From: an uncultured Gammaproteobacteria bacterium
Lineage (GTDB): Bacteria > Patescibacteriota > Patescibacteriia > UBA9570
DNA: 64,000 nt
Assembly (NCBI GenBank): GCA_964385285.1
Contig: CAYLOJ010000001.1
Coordinates: 88,537-152,536, forward strand
Direction: 5' to 3'
The position numbers and the translations under genes are program-made. Below are positions 1-10,130 of the stretch, piece by piece; positions within the stretch are counted from its first letter, which is position 1, and the number at the start of each line of letters is the position of its first letter. Under the pieces are notes generated by a model. The model was not told the origin of the DNA. It made no database searches and saw nothing but the letters and a program-made list of their open reading frames with translations.

Positions 1-342
1 GAAGCCTCATTTAAAAATTGGTTGTTCATGATTGTTAAAAACCGAGTGGCGGATCACTGGAAGCAACACTACAGCCAACTCACCGTATCCCTCGAGGAAT
101 GGATAGGAAGTAATGACGAACCGATTGAGCTAGATGAGGCGCCACCCAACGTTGCCGCTGAAGACGCTGCCAAAGCCTTGCTCGCACAGTTACCACCGGA
201 CTATCGCTCAGTACTAGAATATCGCTTCCTCCATGGATATAGCATCAAGGAAACGGCCGAAGCACTACACATTAGCGAAAGCAACGCCAAAATTCGACAA
301 TACCGTGCACTACTACTGGCTAAACAACTCACTCACCTATGA
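1..342 (+). CDS. ECF sigma-70 factor, 5'-truncated by the window edge
   Basis: Frame open from base 1 (EASFKNWLFMIVKNRVADHW, region 2); region 4 motif LPPDYRSVLEYRFLHGYSIKETAEALHISESNAKIRQYRAL. Confidence 0.9.
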   Translation, partial: EASFKNWLFMIVKNRVADHWKQHYSQLTVSLEEWIGSNDEPIELDEAPPNVAAEDAAKALLAQLPPDYRSVLEYRFLHGYSIKETAEALHISESNAKIRQYRALLLAKQLTHL

Positions 343-764
343 ACCAAGATTACTCCCCAACTGAATTAGCCCAAGCCGAACGATTGGAACACTATCTTAG
401 CGAGTTAGCGCACAAAAAAATTGCTCCAAACGATGCTGCAGCTGAAGATAGCGATCTTTATCGATTAGCTCGTCGACTAGCGGTGAGTACCGTACAGCCG
501 CGACTTTTAATCCAACCTACAGTTAAACGCTTTAGTTTGCGTAAAGCACTGTTTGCTTTAACCCCTTTACCACTCATTGCTGCTGCCGCAGTTGGTTATC
601 TGATGTTGAGAACCGACTCGACGCCTCGCGCTGTAGATGTCAGCACTGATCTTGCCATGATCGATGACAGTACAGATGACTTATTAGCACTTGAACGTGA
701 TTTGGATCAATCCTTAAACGAGATTGACTTGCTAACCTCAACTGATTATCTAGACCAACTATGA
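339..764 (+). CDS. Putative membrane anti-sigma factor
   Basis: Overlaps the sigma gene stop; single hydrophobic helix (ALFALTPLPLIAAAAVGYLML) and acidic C-terminus; position typical of ECF/anti-sigma pairs. Confidence 0.55.
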   Translation: MNQDYSPTELAQAERLEHYLSELAHKKIAPNDAAAEDSDLYRLARRLAVSTVQPRLLIQPTVKRFSLRKALFALTPLPLIAAAAVGYLMLRTDSTPRAVDVSTDLAMIDDSTDDLLALERDLDQSLNEIDLLTSTDYLDQL

Positions 765-1543
765 AATCTTTTCTCGTTACCCTCTCTCTTTTTGCCTTGC
801 CGTTGGTTACATCGGCGCAAGTGCAGACAGCAAATCAGCTATCGTCGTTAAAAAATCGCCCTCTGATTAATGCGACGGAGCGTGCAGAGCTACGCGCTGA
901 GCGCCGCGAGCAGTTGCAAAACCAGCGACCCATTGATCCCCAAGTTGCTACCGAGACTGATCATTCAACTGCACTGCAAGCCTTAAGATCACGGCGTCCA
1001 GCGAATGCCATTGAAGCAGTACAGATCCATGAAGAGGTGATTAATGAACGCATTCAGCAGTTGCAGGACAACGACCGTATACCAGAGGAGAAAAAAACTG
1101 AGTTAATCCAAAAATTGTCAGATGAGTTAGCTTGGATGCAAGACAAAAATACCGCCCTTCAAAATGCTGATACCATGGAAGAGCGCCAGGCAATTCGCAA
1201 GGAGATTGCGACACATGCCCATACTGAGCAACAAAATCGGCGTCAGACATTAGCCAAGGCCATTACGCTTCCGGAACAATCACCAGCAGTAATTGCGCAA
1301 CAGATCAATGATCGCTTCACTCAAATTAGTGATCGCTTAGAACGTACTGGAAAAGACACTACGGCACTTAATGCGGCTATTACGCAATACCAGACAGCGG
1401 TAACCAATCTCTCTAACAGCTATACTGCAGCGCAATCAGATCAAACTGTGGAGACGCTACAGCAATTGCGCGATAGCATTGAGGCGGTACGAACCTCTGG
1501 CGAGCAGGTGCGTAACGCCATACAGTCTTTACTTGAGTACTAA
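761..1543 (+). CDS. Secreted alpha-helical/coiled-coil hypothetical protein
   Basis: Signal peptide MKSFLVTLSLFALPLVTSA; Q/E/R-rich helical body; coupled to neighbours. Confidence 0.7.
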   Translation: MKSFLVTLSLFALPLVTSAQVQTANQLSSLKNRPLINATERAELRAERREQLQNQRPIDPQVATETDHSTALQALRSRRPANAIEAVQIHEEVINERIQQLQDNDRIPEEKKTELIQKLSDELAWMQDKNTALQNADTMEERQAIRKEIATHAHTEQQNRRQTLAKAITLPEQSPAVIAQQINDRFTQISDRLERTGKDTTALNAAITQYQTAVTNLSNSYTAAQSDQTVETLQQLRDSIEAVRTSGEQVRNAIQSLLEY

Positions 1544-2640
1544 TGATTAAGCCACATACTATGAAAAAAATGTTTTGGTCGTTGCTCATCGCACCGACAG
1601 TCGCACTCGGACTTACGGGTTCGCTAGCAGCCCAGGCCAACAGCGGGGCACATGATCTGCAAGCTGAACTTGTACAGTCGTTGCCCGATTACGACTCTGC
1701 ACGATTATTTAAACACCATCGTCATTTATTTGCCGCTGTGAGCAATGCGGACAACACCATGAGTATCTACACCGCCAACAAACGCGGAAATCTTTGGGAG
1801 CTAATGGATACCGACGCTGATTCGATCGCTAATTTTGCATCCAACAACAGCGCAATCACCTCGTTTGCGGTTCATGGTCGAAACCTGTATGCCGGCACCA
1901 TCAGTAGTGATGGAGTTGCAGAAGTATGGTCCATCCCAACGAATGCCCGGCCAGCAACCTGGGAGCAAGTTGGCGCGACCGGATTAGGCGATGCCGATAA
2001 TACTAGTGTTATTGATCTATTCCAAATTCCTGGACAAGGCTTGTTTGCTGTCACGGCAAATCCAGCTGGTAATGGATTATTCCAATTGGTCGACGGAACA
2101 TGGGAGCAGATTGGAGAGTACGGATTCGGCGTAGAATTAACTGACGCATTGGCAGCCAGTGATGTTCGAGTAGTCGGTGATGTCGTCAATATTGCCAGCA
2201 GCGCTGGTATTGTTTATCAAGCAGATGCGTCGAATTTAGAGAGCTGGACTGCCATTCACGATTTCGGAGTTGAGATTACTGCCATGCGCGGACGCTTTGT
2301 AGCGACTACAGAAGATGGGGTAGCCAAAATTTATGAAAGTGATGCTGATAATCTCTACCAACAAGTCGGAGAGAACGATCTTGATCAAGCAACCAATGAG
2401 GAGGTAACACGGTTCGTGAATATCTCGCGTCACCCAGCAGTACTAGTTAAGAATTCAACCGATGGTGCTGCGTTGTACCAATACCAACCCGATACTGAAA
2501 CATGGGAAAGCCAAGTTTCTGATGGCTTTGGGAATGCAAATAATGCTAGTGCTACAGGTGTAATCTGGTATCATAGCGATCGCTTTATCGCTACAGTGAA
2601 TACCGAAGACGGATCAGAGATCTACCGTTTGGAACGGTAA
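1543..2640 (+). CDS. Secreted beta-propeller-like hypothetical protein
   Basis: Signal peptide; recurring W-E-Q-V/I-G blades (TWEQVGATG, TWEQIGEYG, YQQVGEND, TWESQVSDGFG). Confidence 0.65.
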   Translation: MIKPHTMKKMFWSLLIAPTVALGLTGSLAAQANSGAHDLQAELVQSLPDYDSARLFKHHRHLFAAVSNADNTMSIYTANKRGNLWELMDTDADSIANFASNNSAITSFAVHGRNLYAGTISSDGVAEVWSIPTNARPATWEQVGATGLGDADNTSVIDLFQIPGQGLFAVTANPAGNGLFQLVDGTWEQIGEYGFGVELTDALAASDVRVVGDVVNIASSAGIVYQADASNLESWTAIHDFGVEITAMRGRFVATTEDGVAKIYESDADNLYQQVGENDLDQATNEEVTRFVNISRHPAVLVKNSTDGAALYQYQPDTETWESQVSDGFGNANNASATGVIWYHSDRFIATVNTEDGSEIYRLER

Positions 2641-2672
2641 GCGATATACAGAAATAAAAACAGAAATCAGCC

Positions 2673-2702
2673 AGTAGAGACGCATTCCAATGCGTCTCTA
2701 CT
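2673..2702. repeat. GTAG-type REP-like palindrome, copy 1 (may also terminate transcription)
   Basis: AGTAGAGACGCATT-CC-AATGCGTCTCTACT, 14-bp perfect arms; related copy at 27294-27323. Confidence 0.75.
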
Positions 2703-2766
2703 TTTGCATACGATAAGAATAGAGTAAATTGACCTAAACCAAAAATTGTGAAACAATAGTGCCCAT

Positions 2767-4272
2767 ATGGCACAAACCTATGAAGCAGTCATCGGCCTAG
2801 AAATTCATGTTCAGCTGAACACAAAGTCGAAGATGTTTTCTGCAGATTCGAATGCAGATTCCTTAGAACCCAATGTCCATGTGAATCCTACCTCCATGGG
2901 CCATCCTGGTACATTACCAGTTTTAAATGCAGCCGCCGTGGACATGGCCATCATGGCTGGCTTGGCACTGAATTGCAAAATTGCTGAATACACTAAGTTT
3001 GATCGTAAACAATATTTTTATCCTGACCTCCCAAAGGGTTATCAGATTTCCCAGCACGATCTACCCATCTGTCAGGACGGCCATCTCACGATCTACGAAG
3101 ATGATGTAACGCCGCTCACCATTGGCATTGAACGCATCCACATGGAAGAGGATGCTGCAAAAAATGTCCACATGGCAACTGCCACATTAGTAGACTTTAA
3201 CCGCGCGGGTTGTCCGTTAATTGAAATCGTGACTCGCCCTGATTTGCGCACTCCTAAACAAGCACGTGTATTTTTACAGGAGTTACAGATGTTGATTCGC
3301 TACTTAGGAATCTCAGATGCGGATATGGAAAAAGGTCATATGCGCATGGATGTAAATATTTCGTTGCGCCCCGTCGGTGATGACGCCTTGTATCCACGCA
3401 CAGAGATTAAAAATATGAACTCCTTCAAAGCAGCTGAACGGGCTTTGATCTACGAAATTGAGCATCAGACTGAATTATGGGAGAAACATCAGGCGCCTGA
3501 GCGACATCGTACCTGTGGGTGGGACGATGCTGCTGGAGTAACCTTAGAGCAGCGCACGAAGGAAGAAGCCGCGGATTACCGTTATTTCCCCGAACCCGAT
3601 ATTCCACCACTGCGGATTTCCCAAGAAAAAATTGACGGTATTTTTAAACGGTTACCAGAATTACCACAACAGCGCCGTGACCGCTTCCGTGAGGAGTACT
3701 TTTTATCCTATTACGATGCCAAGGTATTAACCGCCGACCCACGCGTAGCTGAATACTATGAGGATACCGTATCGGAATTGCGTAGCTGGCTGAGTTCATT
3801 AGATAACAGCGAAGGTAGTGACGATGAGATTTGGCAACGTGAAGGGGAGAAGTTGTGTCGCCAAGTATCCAATTGGATTACATCAGAATTATTTGGACAA
3901 CTTGCTAAGGCAAAGTTGGATTTTGCTAGTTTGAAGATTACTCCAGAAAATCTGGCTGAATTTATTAGCTTGCTCCATCAAAACAAAGTCAACTCATCAG
4001 CCGCGCAGACGATTTTGAAAGACATGTTTGAACGCGGCTCTGACCCTTCACAAGTGATGGCCGAATTAGATTTAGAACAGGTTCATGATACGGATGCGCT
4101 GGGTAAAGTCTGCGACGATGTGATTGCTACTAACCCACAAATTGTGGAACAATATAAAGCTGGTCGTGAGCGGGTATTAATGTTCTTAGTTGGTCAAGCC
4201 ATGAAAGCGATGAAAGGTAAAGCCAACCCAGAAAGTATCACAGCGCTACTGCGTGAAAAATTAAAGTCTTAA
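2767..4272 (+). CDS. gatB: Asp/Glu-tRNA amidotransferase subunit B
   Basis: VIGLEIHVQLNTKSKMF, FDRKQYFYPDLPKGYQISQ, DYRYFPEPD, C-terminal GQAMKAMKGKANP. Confidence 0.98.
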   Translation: MAQTYEAVIGLEIHVQLNTKSKMFSADSNADSLEPNVHVNPTSMGHPGTLPVLNAAAVDMAIMAGLALNCKIAEYTKFDRKQYFYPDLPKGYQISQHDLPICQDGHLTIYEDDVTPLTIGIERIHMEEDAAKNVHMATATLVDFNRAGCPLIEIVTRPDLRTPKQARVFLQELQMLIRYLGISDADMEKGHMRMDVNISLRPVGDDALYPRTEIKNMNSFKAAERALIYEIEHQTELWEKHQAPERHRTCGWDDAAGVTLEQRTKEEAADYRYFPEPDIPPLRISQEKIDGIFKRLPELPQQRRDRFREEYFLSYYDAKVLTADPRVAEYYEDTVSELRSWLSSLDNSEGSDDEIWQREGEKLCRQVSNWITSELFGQLAKAKLDFASLKITPENLAEFISLLHQNKVNSSAAQTILKDMFERGSDPSQVMAELDLEQVHDTDALGKVCDDVIATNPQIVEQYKAGRERVLMFLVGQAMKAMKGKANPESITALLREKLKS

Positions 4273-4291
4273 CTGTTAATTCACTTTGATT

Positions 4292-4849
4292 ATGATTACA
4301 ATCGTTTCTGGTTTGCCACGCTCCGGGACATCACTGATGATGAAAATGCTTGAAGCAGGCGGTATTCCTGCTTTAATCGATGAGGTACGGACGGCTGATA
4401 TTGATAACCCCAAAGGTTACTATGAATACGAGCGGGTTAAGCAATTACCCAATGATGTTGCTTGGCTACCCGATGCTGAAGGTAAAGCTGTGAAAATGGT
4501 CTCAATGTTACTCTATGAATTACCGAAAGATCGCACCTACCAAGTTGTTTTCATGCGTCGCGCCATGCCAGAAATTTTGGCCTCCCAGAAAAAAATGCTG
4601 CTGCGTCGTAATAAAGATATGCACGTGGATGATGCCGAAATGAAGGAGCTCTTTGAGAGTCACCTGGGAAATATTCAAGCTTGGTTAAAGGAACAAACCC
4701 ACCTCCGTGTCCTAGAAATTTGGTACAACGATATGATGAAGCAACCAGCTGCTGAGGCTAAACGCATCAACGAATTTTTAGGTGGACAACTCAACGAAAG
4801 TGCAATGGCCGGCACCGTAGATGAGACCCTTTACAGAAATCGGGGATAG
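4292..4849 (+). CDS. Sulfotransferase-family (P-loop) protein
   Basis: N-terminal PAPS-binding motif IVSGLPRSGTSLMMKML, followed by NPKGYYE. Confidence 0.8.
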   Translation: MITIVSGLPRSGTSLMMKMLEAGGIPALIDEVRTADIDNPKGYYEYERVKQLPNDVAWLPDAEGKAVKMVSMLLYELPKDRTYQVVFMRRAMPEILASQKKMLLRRNKDMHVDDAEMKELFESHLGNIQAWLKEQTHLRVLEIWYNDMMKQPAAEAKRINEFLGGQLNESAMAGTVDETLYRNRG

Positions 4850-4858
4850 GGTTATTAT
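4830..4858 (+). promoter_or_regulatory. Sigma-70 promoter of the pyrimidine operon leader
   Basis: TTTACA (4830-4835) - 17 nt - TATTAT (4853-4858). Confidence 0.6.
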
Positions 4859-4866
4859 AGCTGGCG

Positions 4867-4908
4867 ATGTACACAGCAAAACTCGCCTCATTCATCATCA
4901 CACATTAA
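4867..4908 (+). CDS. Putative 13-aa leader peptide MYTAKLASFIITH
   Basis: ATG 8 nt after the -10 box (near-leaderless); TAA ends 4 nt before a terminator hairpin. Confidence 0.45.
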   Translation: MYTAKLASFIITH

Positions 4909-4912
4909 GCCG

Positions 4913-4938
4913 ACGGGCCCCATTTGGGGTCCGTTTTT
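4913..4938 (+). terminator. Intrinsic terminator/attenuator upstream of the pyr operon
   Basis: ACGGGCCCC-ATTT-GGGGTCCGT (one G-U pair) followed by TTTT. Confidence 0.7.
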
Positions 4939-4954
4939 GAAAAACATTTATTTT

Positions 4955-5935
4955 ATGCCTCAACCGTACGATCTCAAAACAATTTTTTTAGACAAAGTCA
5001 ACGCTAAAGGTGGCTTCGTCAATTGTCATGCGCATTTTGACAAAGCTTTTTTGATTAATGAGCAAAACCTTCTACAGTCACAGATGGACATGGAAGCAAA
5101 GTGGCATCTCTATAAAGAACTGAAGAAAAACTATACTCCTGAAGATCTCCGCACCCGCATTCGTGAAGGAATGAATCGGATGGTAGCGCAAAATGTAAAA
5201 TATGTCCGTTCATTTATCGATATCGATAGTACAGTCGGTTTGAAGTGCTTGGAAGCCGCTTTAGAGGTCAAAAAGGAGTTCGCGGGTAAATGTGAACTGA
5301 TTATCGTCTCTCAGACCCTAGAGGGAGTAGTGAAGCCGGAGAGTCGCAAATGGATCGAACAAGCCGCTCCGTTAGTGGATGTGATTGGAGGTCTACCGAG
5401 TTATGATCGTCCGCGCGAAGCAGAGCATTTAGATATTATCTTCGAGTTAGCCAAAAAATACGGTAAGCAAGTGGATGTGCATATTGATCAAGAAAACAAT
5501 CCAGGTGAGCGTGATACTGAACTGTTAGCTAAAAAGGTGATTGAGCACGGATTGCAAGGCAGAGTAAACGCTGTGCATGTCATTTCGTTATCTGCCCAAG
5601 ATGAAGATTACTTTCAACATGTCTTGAAATTAATGGTAGAAGCTAAGCTAAATGTGATCTGCTGCCCAGGAGCTGCTCTTGGCATGAAGCAGTTACGCGA
5701 AAAAACTGCACCGGTCCATAACTCCATCGCGCGTGTTCCTGAATTTTTGGAGGCCGGGCTAACTGTGGCCATCGGCACGGACAATATTCATGACTTCTTC
5801 CAGCCATTTATCGATGGTGATCTCTATACCGAAGCACGGATGCTGATGGAAGGCTGTCGCTTTTATAACTTAGATGCTTTAGTAGAAATCTGTACAACTA
5901 ACGGTTTGAAATTATGCCAAAATCTGCGCAGTTAA
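4955..5935 (+). CDS. Amidohydrolase, cytosine deaminase (CodA)-like
   Basis: GFVNCHAHFDKA metal HxH motif, DVHIDQ, AVHVISL, GTDNIHD; first gene of the pyr operon. Confidence 0.8.
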   Translation: MPQPYDLKTIFLDKVNAKGGFVNCHAHFDKAFLINEQNLLQSQMDMEAKWHLYKELKKNYTPEDLRTRIREGMNRMVAQNVKYVRSFIDIDSTVGLKCLEAALEVKKEFAGKCELIIVSQTLEGVVKPESRKWIEQAAPLVDVIGGLPSYDRPREAEHLDIIFELAKKYGKQVDVHIDQENNPGERDTELLAKKVIEHGLQGRVNAVHVISLSAQDEDYFQHVLKLMVEAKLNVICCPGAALGMKQLREKTAPVHNSIARVPEFLEAGLTVAIGTDNIHDFFQPFIDGDLYTEARMLMEGCRFYNLDALVEICTTNGLKLCQNLRS

Positions 5936-6966
5936 TTTTGAGTGATGGCACTGTATTTGCGGGAAGTTCGTTTGGCTTTGACGGCAATCGCGACGGCGAG
6001 GTTGTCTTTAATACCAGTATGGTGGGCTATCCTGAAACATTGACCGACCCATCTTATCGTGGTCAAATCTTAACGCTCACATACCCGTTAGTCGGTAGTT
6101 ATGGAGTACCGGATATTTCAACATTAGAATCAAATCAGATACAAGTCTCTGGTTTAATCGTCACTGAATACATTGATCATTATTCCCACTGGGAGGCCAA
6201 ACAATCCCTTGGCCAGTGGCTCATCAAAAATAAAGTACCAGCCATTACTGGAATCGATACACGAGCGCTCACCAAAAAGCTGCGCGATCATGGCGTCATG
6301 CTGGGACGCATCCAGGTTGGCAGTCATCGCACTACGGGTCCATTAATTGATCCAAATACAACGAACCTAGTCGCTCAGGTGAGTTGCACAAAACCGAAAA
6401 TGTATGGTCGTGGCAAAAAAACAGTTATGGTGGTGGATTGCGGGGTTAAAGAAAGTATTATTCGCAATTTTGTCGACCGTGGTGTTAAAGTTAAACGCGT
6501 TCCCTGGGATTATAATTTTGTACCAGAGTTACCCAAAGTAGACGGCTTATTTATCTCTAACGGACCAGGTGACCCCACGCAATGCGTTCCGACCATTCAG
6601 CATCTCAAGGAGGCGTTCAAAACGAATTTACCAATTTTTGGAATCTGCTTAGGCAGTCAAATTCAAGGGCTAGCAGCTGGTGCCAAAACCTATAAATTGA
6701 AATTTGGCCATCGTGCTCAAAATCAGCCCTGCGTGATTGAAGGAACCCAACATTGTTTATTGACCTCACAAAATCACGGATTTGCTGTGGATGAGGCAAC
6801 TCTACCCAGTAGTTGGAAAGTGTGGTTTCGCAATGCCAATGATCATTCTGTAGAGGGAATAAAACATCGCACTAAACCCTGGTGGTCTGTACAGTTTCAT
6901 CCGGAAGCCACGCCGGGGCCAAATGATGCCAACCTATTATTCGATGAATTTGTTAGTATTTTATGA
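5914..6966 (+). CDS. carA: Carbamoyl-phosphate synthase small subunit
   Basis: GEVVFNTSMVGYPETLTDPSY, SNGPGDP, GICLG, SQNHGFAVD, VQFHPE. Confidence 0.98.
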   Translation: MPKSAQLILSDGTVFAGSSFGFDGNRDGEVVFNTSMVGYPETLTDPSYRGQILTLTYPLVGSYGVPDISTLESNQIQVSGLIVTEYIDHYSHWEAKQSLGQWLIKNKVPAITGIDTRALTKKLRDHGVMLGRIQVGSHRTTGPLIDPNTTNLVAQVSCTKPKMYGRGKKTVMVVDCGVKESIIRNFVDRGVKVKRVPWDYNFVPELPKVDGLFISNGPGDPTQCVPTIQHLKEAFKTNLPIFGICLGSQIQGLAAGAKTYKLKFGHRAQNQPCVIEGTQHCLLTSQNHGFAVDEATLPSSWKVWFRNANDHSVEGIKHRTKPWWSVQFHPEATPGPNDANLLFDEFVSIL

Positions 6967-9900
6967 AACGTATCTCTAAACCGAAACGCATCTTAATTCT
7001 TGGTTCTGGCGGCTTACGCATTGGGCAAGCTGGAGAGTTTGATTACTCGGGTTCGCAAGCGATTAAAGCCTTTAAGAGCGAGGGGATTAAAACCATCTTA
7101 ATCAATCCCAATATCGCGACAGTGCAGACTGATCCTGATATGGCTGACGTGGTCTATTTTTTGCCATTAACCGTGCCATTTGTCGAAAAAGTTATTGCTA
7201 AAGAGCGCCCAGATGCCATTGCACTCAGCTTCGGCGGCCAAACAGCGTTAAATGTGGGCTTAGCATTAGAGGATGCTGGCATCCTAAAGAAGTACCATGT
7301 GCGTGTATTAGGAACTCCCACGAAGAGTATTCGGCTCACTGAAGATCGCGACCTATTTGCAAATGCCCTGAGAGCCATCGACATTACAGTGGCACGTAGC
7401 TATGCCGTCACCACTTTGGCCCAGGCACTAAAGGCTGCAAAAAAAATTGGCTATCCAATTATGATCCGTTCAGCCTTTGCCTTAGGTGGTGAGGGCTCTG
7501 CCAAAATCAAAGATGAAAAAATGTTGAAGTCTCGCGCAGCGGAAGCGTTGGCGAACGTACCGCAAATTTTGATCGAAGAATATTTAGGCGGCTGGAAGGA
7601 AGTTGAATATGAAGTGGTGCGCGACAATCAGGATAACTGCATTACAGTTTGCAACATGGAAAACTTGGATCCGATGGGGATTCACACGGGTGAAAGTATT
7701 GTAGTGGCGCCCTCACAAACATTGTCGAATGCGGAGTATCACATGCTACGCTCGGTTGCACAAACCGTCGTACGACATTTAGGCATCGTGGGTGAATGCA
7801 ATATTCAATATGCACTTGATCCACACTCCCATCGTTATCGTGTGATTGAGGTGAATGCACGCTTATCACGGAGTTCTGCGCTCGCTTCGAAAGCCACGGG
7901 CTACCCACTAGCTTATGTGGCGGCAAAATTAGCATTAGGATATGGATTGTTGGATCTCCAAAATTCTGTCACCAAATCCACAACCAGTTGCTTTGAGCCT
8001 GCCTTGGATTATGTCGCTATTAAAATTCCACGCTGGGATCTGAAAAAATTTAAATCTGCGGATCGCACCATTTCCACAGAGATGAAATCCGTGGGTGAGG
8101 TGATGGCCATCGGCCGCACCTTTGCTGAGGCACTGCAAAAGGGTATTCGCATGCTTGGATCCGGCGATGATGGTTTAGTGGCCAATGTACGTAAAAGTTA
8201 CGATTACATGTCCGATATTCAATTACCGACCGATCGTCGGCTGTTTGCCCTAGCCACCGCCCTGGAAGAAGGGGTGACCGTAAAACGTTTGCATGAAATA
8301 ACCAAGATCGACTACTGGTTCCTGTATCACTTCGAGACCATTGTGACCGCCGCCAAGCAGCTGAAACGCACAAAAACGTTAACTGCTGAGCATTTACGTG
8401 AGTTAAAGCGTTTGGGCTTTTCGGATGATCAAATCGCGCATCTGACTAAACAAACTTCCACACAGGTCCGACGACTACGCAAACGCTACGGCATTCAGCC
8501 AGTCGTTAAACAGATTGATACTTTAGCTGGTGAGTACCCTGCCCAAACCAATTATCTGTACTTCACTTACCATGGTACGGAACATGATGTTGCACCTACC
8601 CAAAATAGTACGATCGTGTTAGGCAGTGGGCCTTACCGGATCGGTTCAAGTGTGGAATTCGATTGGTGTTGTGTACAAGCGGTTAAAACGATTCGCGCAG
8701 AGAAACGCACTAGCATCATGGTGAATTGCAATCCTGAAACCGTATCCACCGACTACGATATTTCTGACCGCTTGTATTTTGAGGAGCTATCGCTCGAACG
8801 GGTATTAGATATTGTAGATTTTGAAACTCCGGAAGGTGTGATTATCTCGATGGGTGGCCAGGCTCCAAATAATTTAGCCATGGCACTGCAAGCCGCCAAA
8901 GTTCCCATTCTAGGAACTTCACCAAATGATATTGATCGTGCGGAAAATCGCTACATCTTTTCACAATTGCTTGATCAAATTGGTTTAGATCAGCCGAAGT
9001 GGAAAGAGGTCACGACAATCAAAGCAGCTAAGGAATTTGCAAAATCGGTTGGCTACCCAGTACTCATCCGACCATCTTACGTATTGTCCGGTGCTGCCAT
9101 GAACGTAGCAGTCACGCCAGAACATCTAGTGCATTACCTGGCTGAAGCCGCTGAAGTATCAAATCAATATCCAGTCGTGATCTCTAAATTTATCGAGGGA
9201 GCGCGCGAGATTGAATATGATGGTGTCGCTAAAGGTGGACAGTTAAAACTGTATGCGATGACCGAACATATCGAAAATGCTGGTGTACATTCGGGTGATG
9301 CCCATGCCGTTTTTCCACCCCAGCGTACCTATTTGGAAACCATCCGTCGCACCAAGCAACGTATGAAGCAGGTCGTCGAGGCACTGAACATCACCGGACC
9401 ATTCAATATTCAGTTCCTAGCTAAAGATAATGAGATTAAAATTATCGAATTAAACCTGCGTGCCTCCCGCAGCTTCCCGTTTGTTTCTAAATCCGCCAAA
9501 ATCAATTTCGCTGCCAAGGCAACTGAGGTGATGTTGGGTAAGGATATTGCAGTCGATTTCAAACGGTTTGATCTGGATTACGTCACCGTAAAAGCCCCTC
9601 AATTCTCCTATAGCCGCATCAAAGGAGCTGATCCGGTACTGTATGTCGAAATGGGCTCAACGGGTGAGGCAGCCGCCTTTGGGAATGGTTATCAAGAAGC
9701 AGTCATGAAGGCGATGTTGGCGACTGGCCACGTCATGCCAGAAAATAAAAAACTGTTGATTTCGGTAGGGAAGGATCTGCATAAAGCAATGCTTATTCCG
9801 TTCATGAAAAAACTGGCTAAACATGGTTTTACACTATACGCTACTGAAGGCACTGCTAAGTTTTATCGTAAACAGGGAATTAAAACGCTATTGGTAAAAA

Positions 9901-10130
9901 AAGGTAAGCCGGTCTTGAAGCTAATTGAAAAGAAAGGCATTGATTGCGTCATCAACATTCCGCGCCAATACACTCATCGAGAACTGACCGATGGCTTCCG
10001 GATACGTCGCGCCGCAGTGGATTGGCACATTCCACTGATCAGTAATGTCCAGATTGCCAAAATTTATAGTAATGCGATCTGTAACTTAACCTTTGATGAT
10101 CTTTTGATCAAAGCCTGGCATGAATACTAA
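6963..10130 (+). CDS. carB: Carbamoyl-phosphate synthase large subunit
   Basis: IGQAGEFDYSGSQAIKA, duplicated ATP-grasp halves, NCNPETVSTDYD, MGS-like C-terminus. Confidence 0.98.
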   Translation: MKRISKPKRILILGSGGLRIGQAGEFDYSGSQAIKAFKSEGIKTILINPNIATVQTDPDMADVVYFLPLTVPFVEKVIAKERPDAIALSFGGQTALNVGLALEDAGILKKYHVRVLGTPTKSIRLTEDRDLFANALRAIDITVARSYAVTTLAQALKAAKKIGYPIMIRSAFALGGEGSAKIKDEKMLKSRAAEALANVPQILIEEYLGGWKEVEYEVVRDNQDNCITVCNMENLDPMGIHTGESIVVAPSQTLSNAEYHMLRSVAQTVVRHLGIVGECNIQYALDPHSHRYRVIEVNARLSRSSALASKATGYPLAYVAAKLALGYGLLDLQNSVTKSTTSCFEPALDYVAIKIPRWDLKKFKSADRTISTEMKSVGEVMAIGRTFAEALQKGIRMLGSGDDGLVANVRKSYDYMSDIQLPTDRRLFALATALEEGVTVKRLHEITKIDYWFLYHFETIVTAAKQLKRTKTLTAEHLRELKRLGFSDDQIAHLTKQTSTQVRRLRKRYGIQPVVKQIDTLAGEYPAQTNYLYFTYHGTEHDVAPTQNSTIVLGSGPYRIGSSVEFDWCCVQAVKTIRAEKRTSIMVNCNPETVSTDYDISDRLYFEELSLERVLDIVDFETPEGVIISMGGQAPNNLAMALQAAKVPILGTSPNDIDRAENRYIFSQLLDQIGLDQPKWKEVTTIKAAKEFAKSVGYPVLIRPSYVLSGAAMNVAVTPEHLVHYLAEAAEVSNQYPVVISKFIEGAREIEYDGVAKGGQLKLYAMTEHIENAGVHSGDAHAVFPPQRTYLETIRRTKQRMKQVVEALNITGPFNIQFLAKDNEIKIIELNLRASRSFPFVSKSAKINFAAKATEVMLGKDIAVDFKRFDLDYVTVKAPQFSYSRIKGADPVLYVEMGSTGEAAAFGNGYQEAVMKAMLATGHVMPENKKLLISVGKDLHKAMLIPFMKKLAKHGFTLYATEGTAKFYRKQGIKTLLVKKGKPVLKLIEKKGIDCVINIPRQYTHRELTDGFRIRRAAVDWHIPLISNVQIAKIYSNAICNLTFDDLLIKAWHEY

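Noticed and set aside
4893-4901. CAT CAT CAC as a histidine attenuator
   Set aside because: That frame has no ATG/GTG/TTG between the promoter and these codons, and the downstream genes are not his genes.
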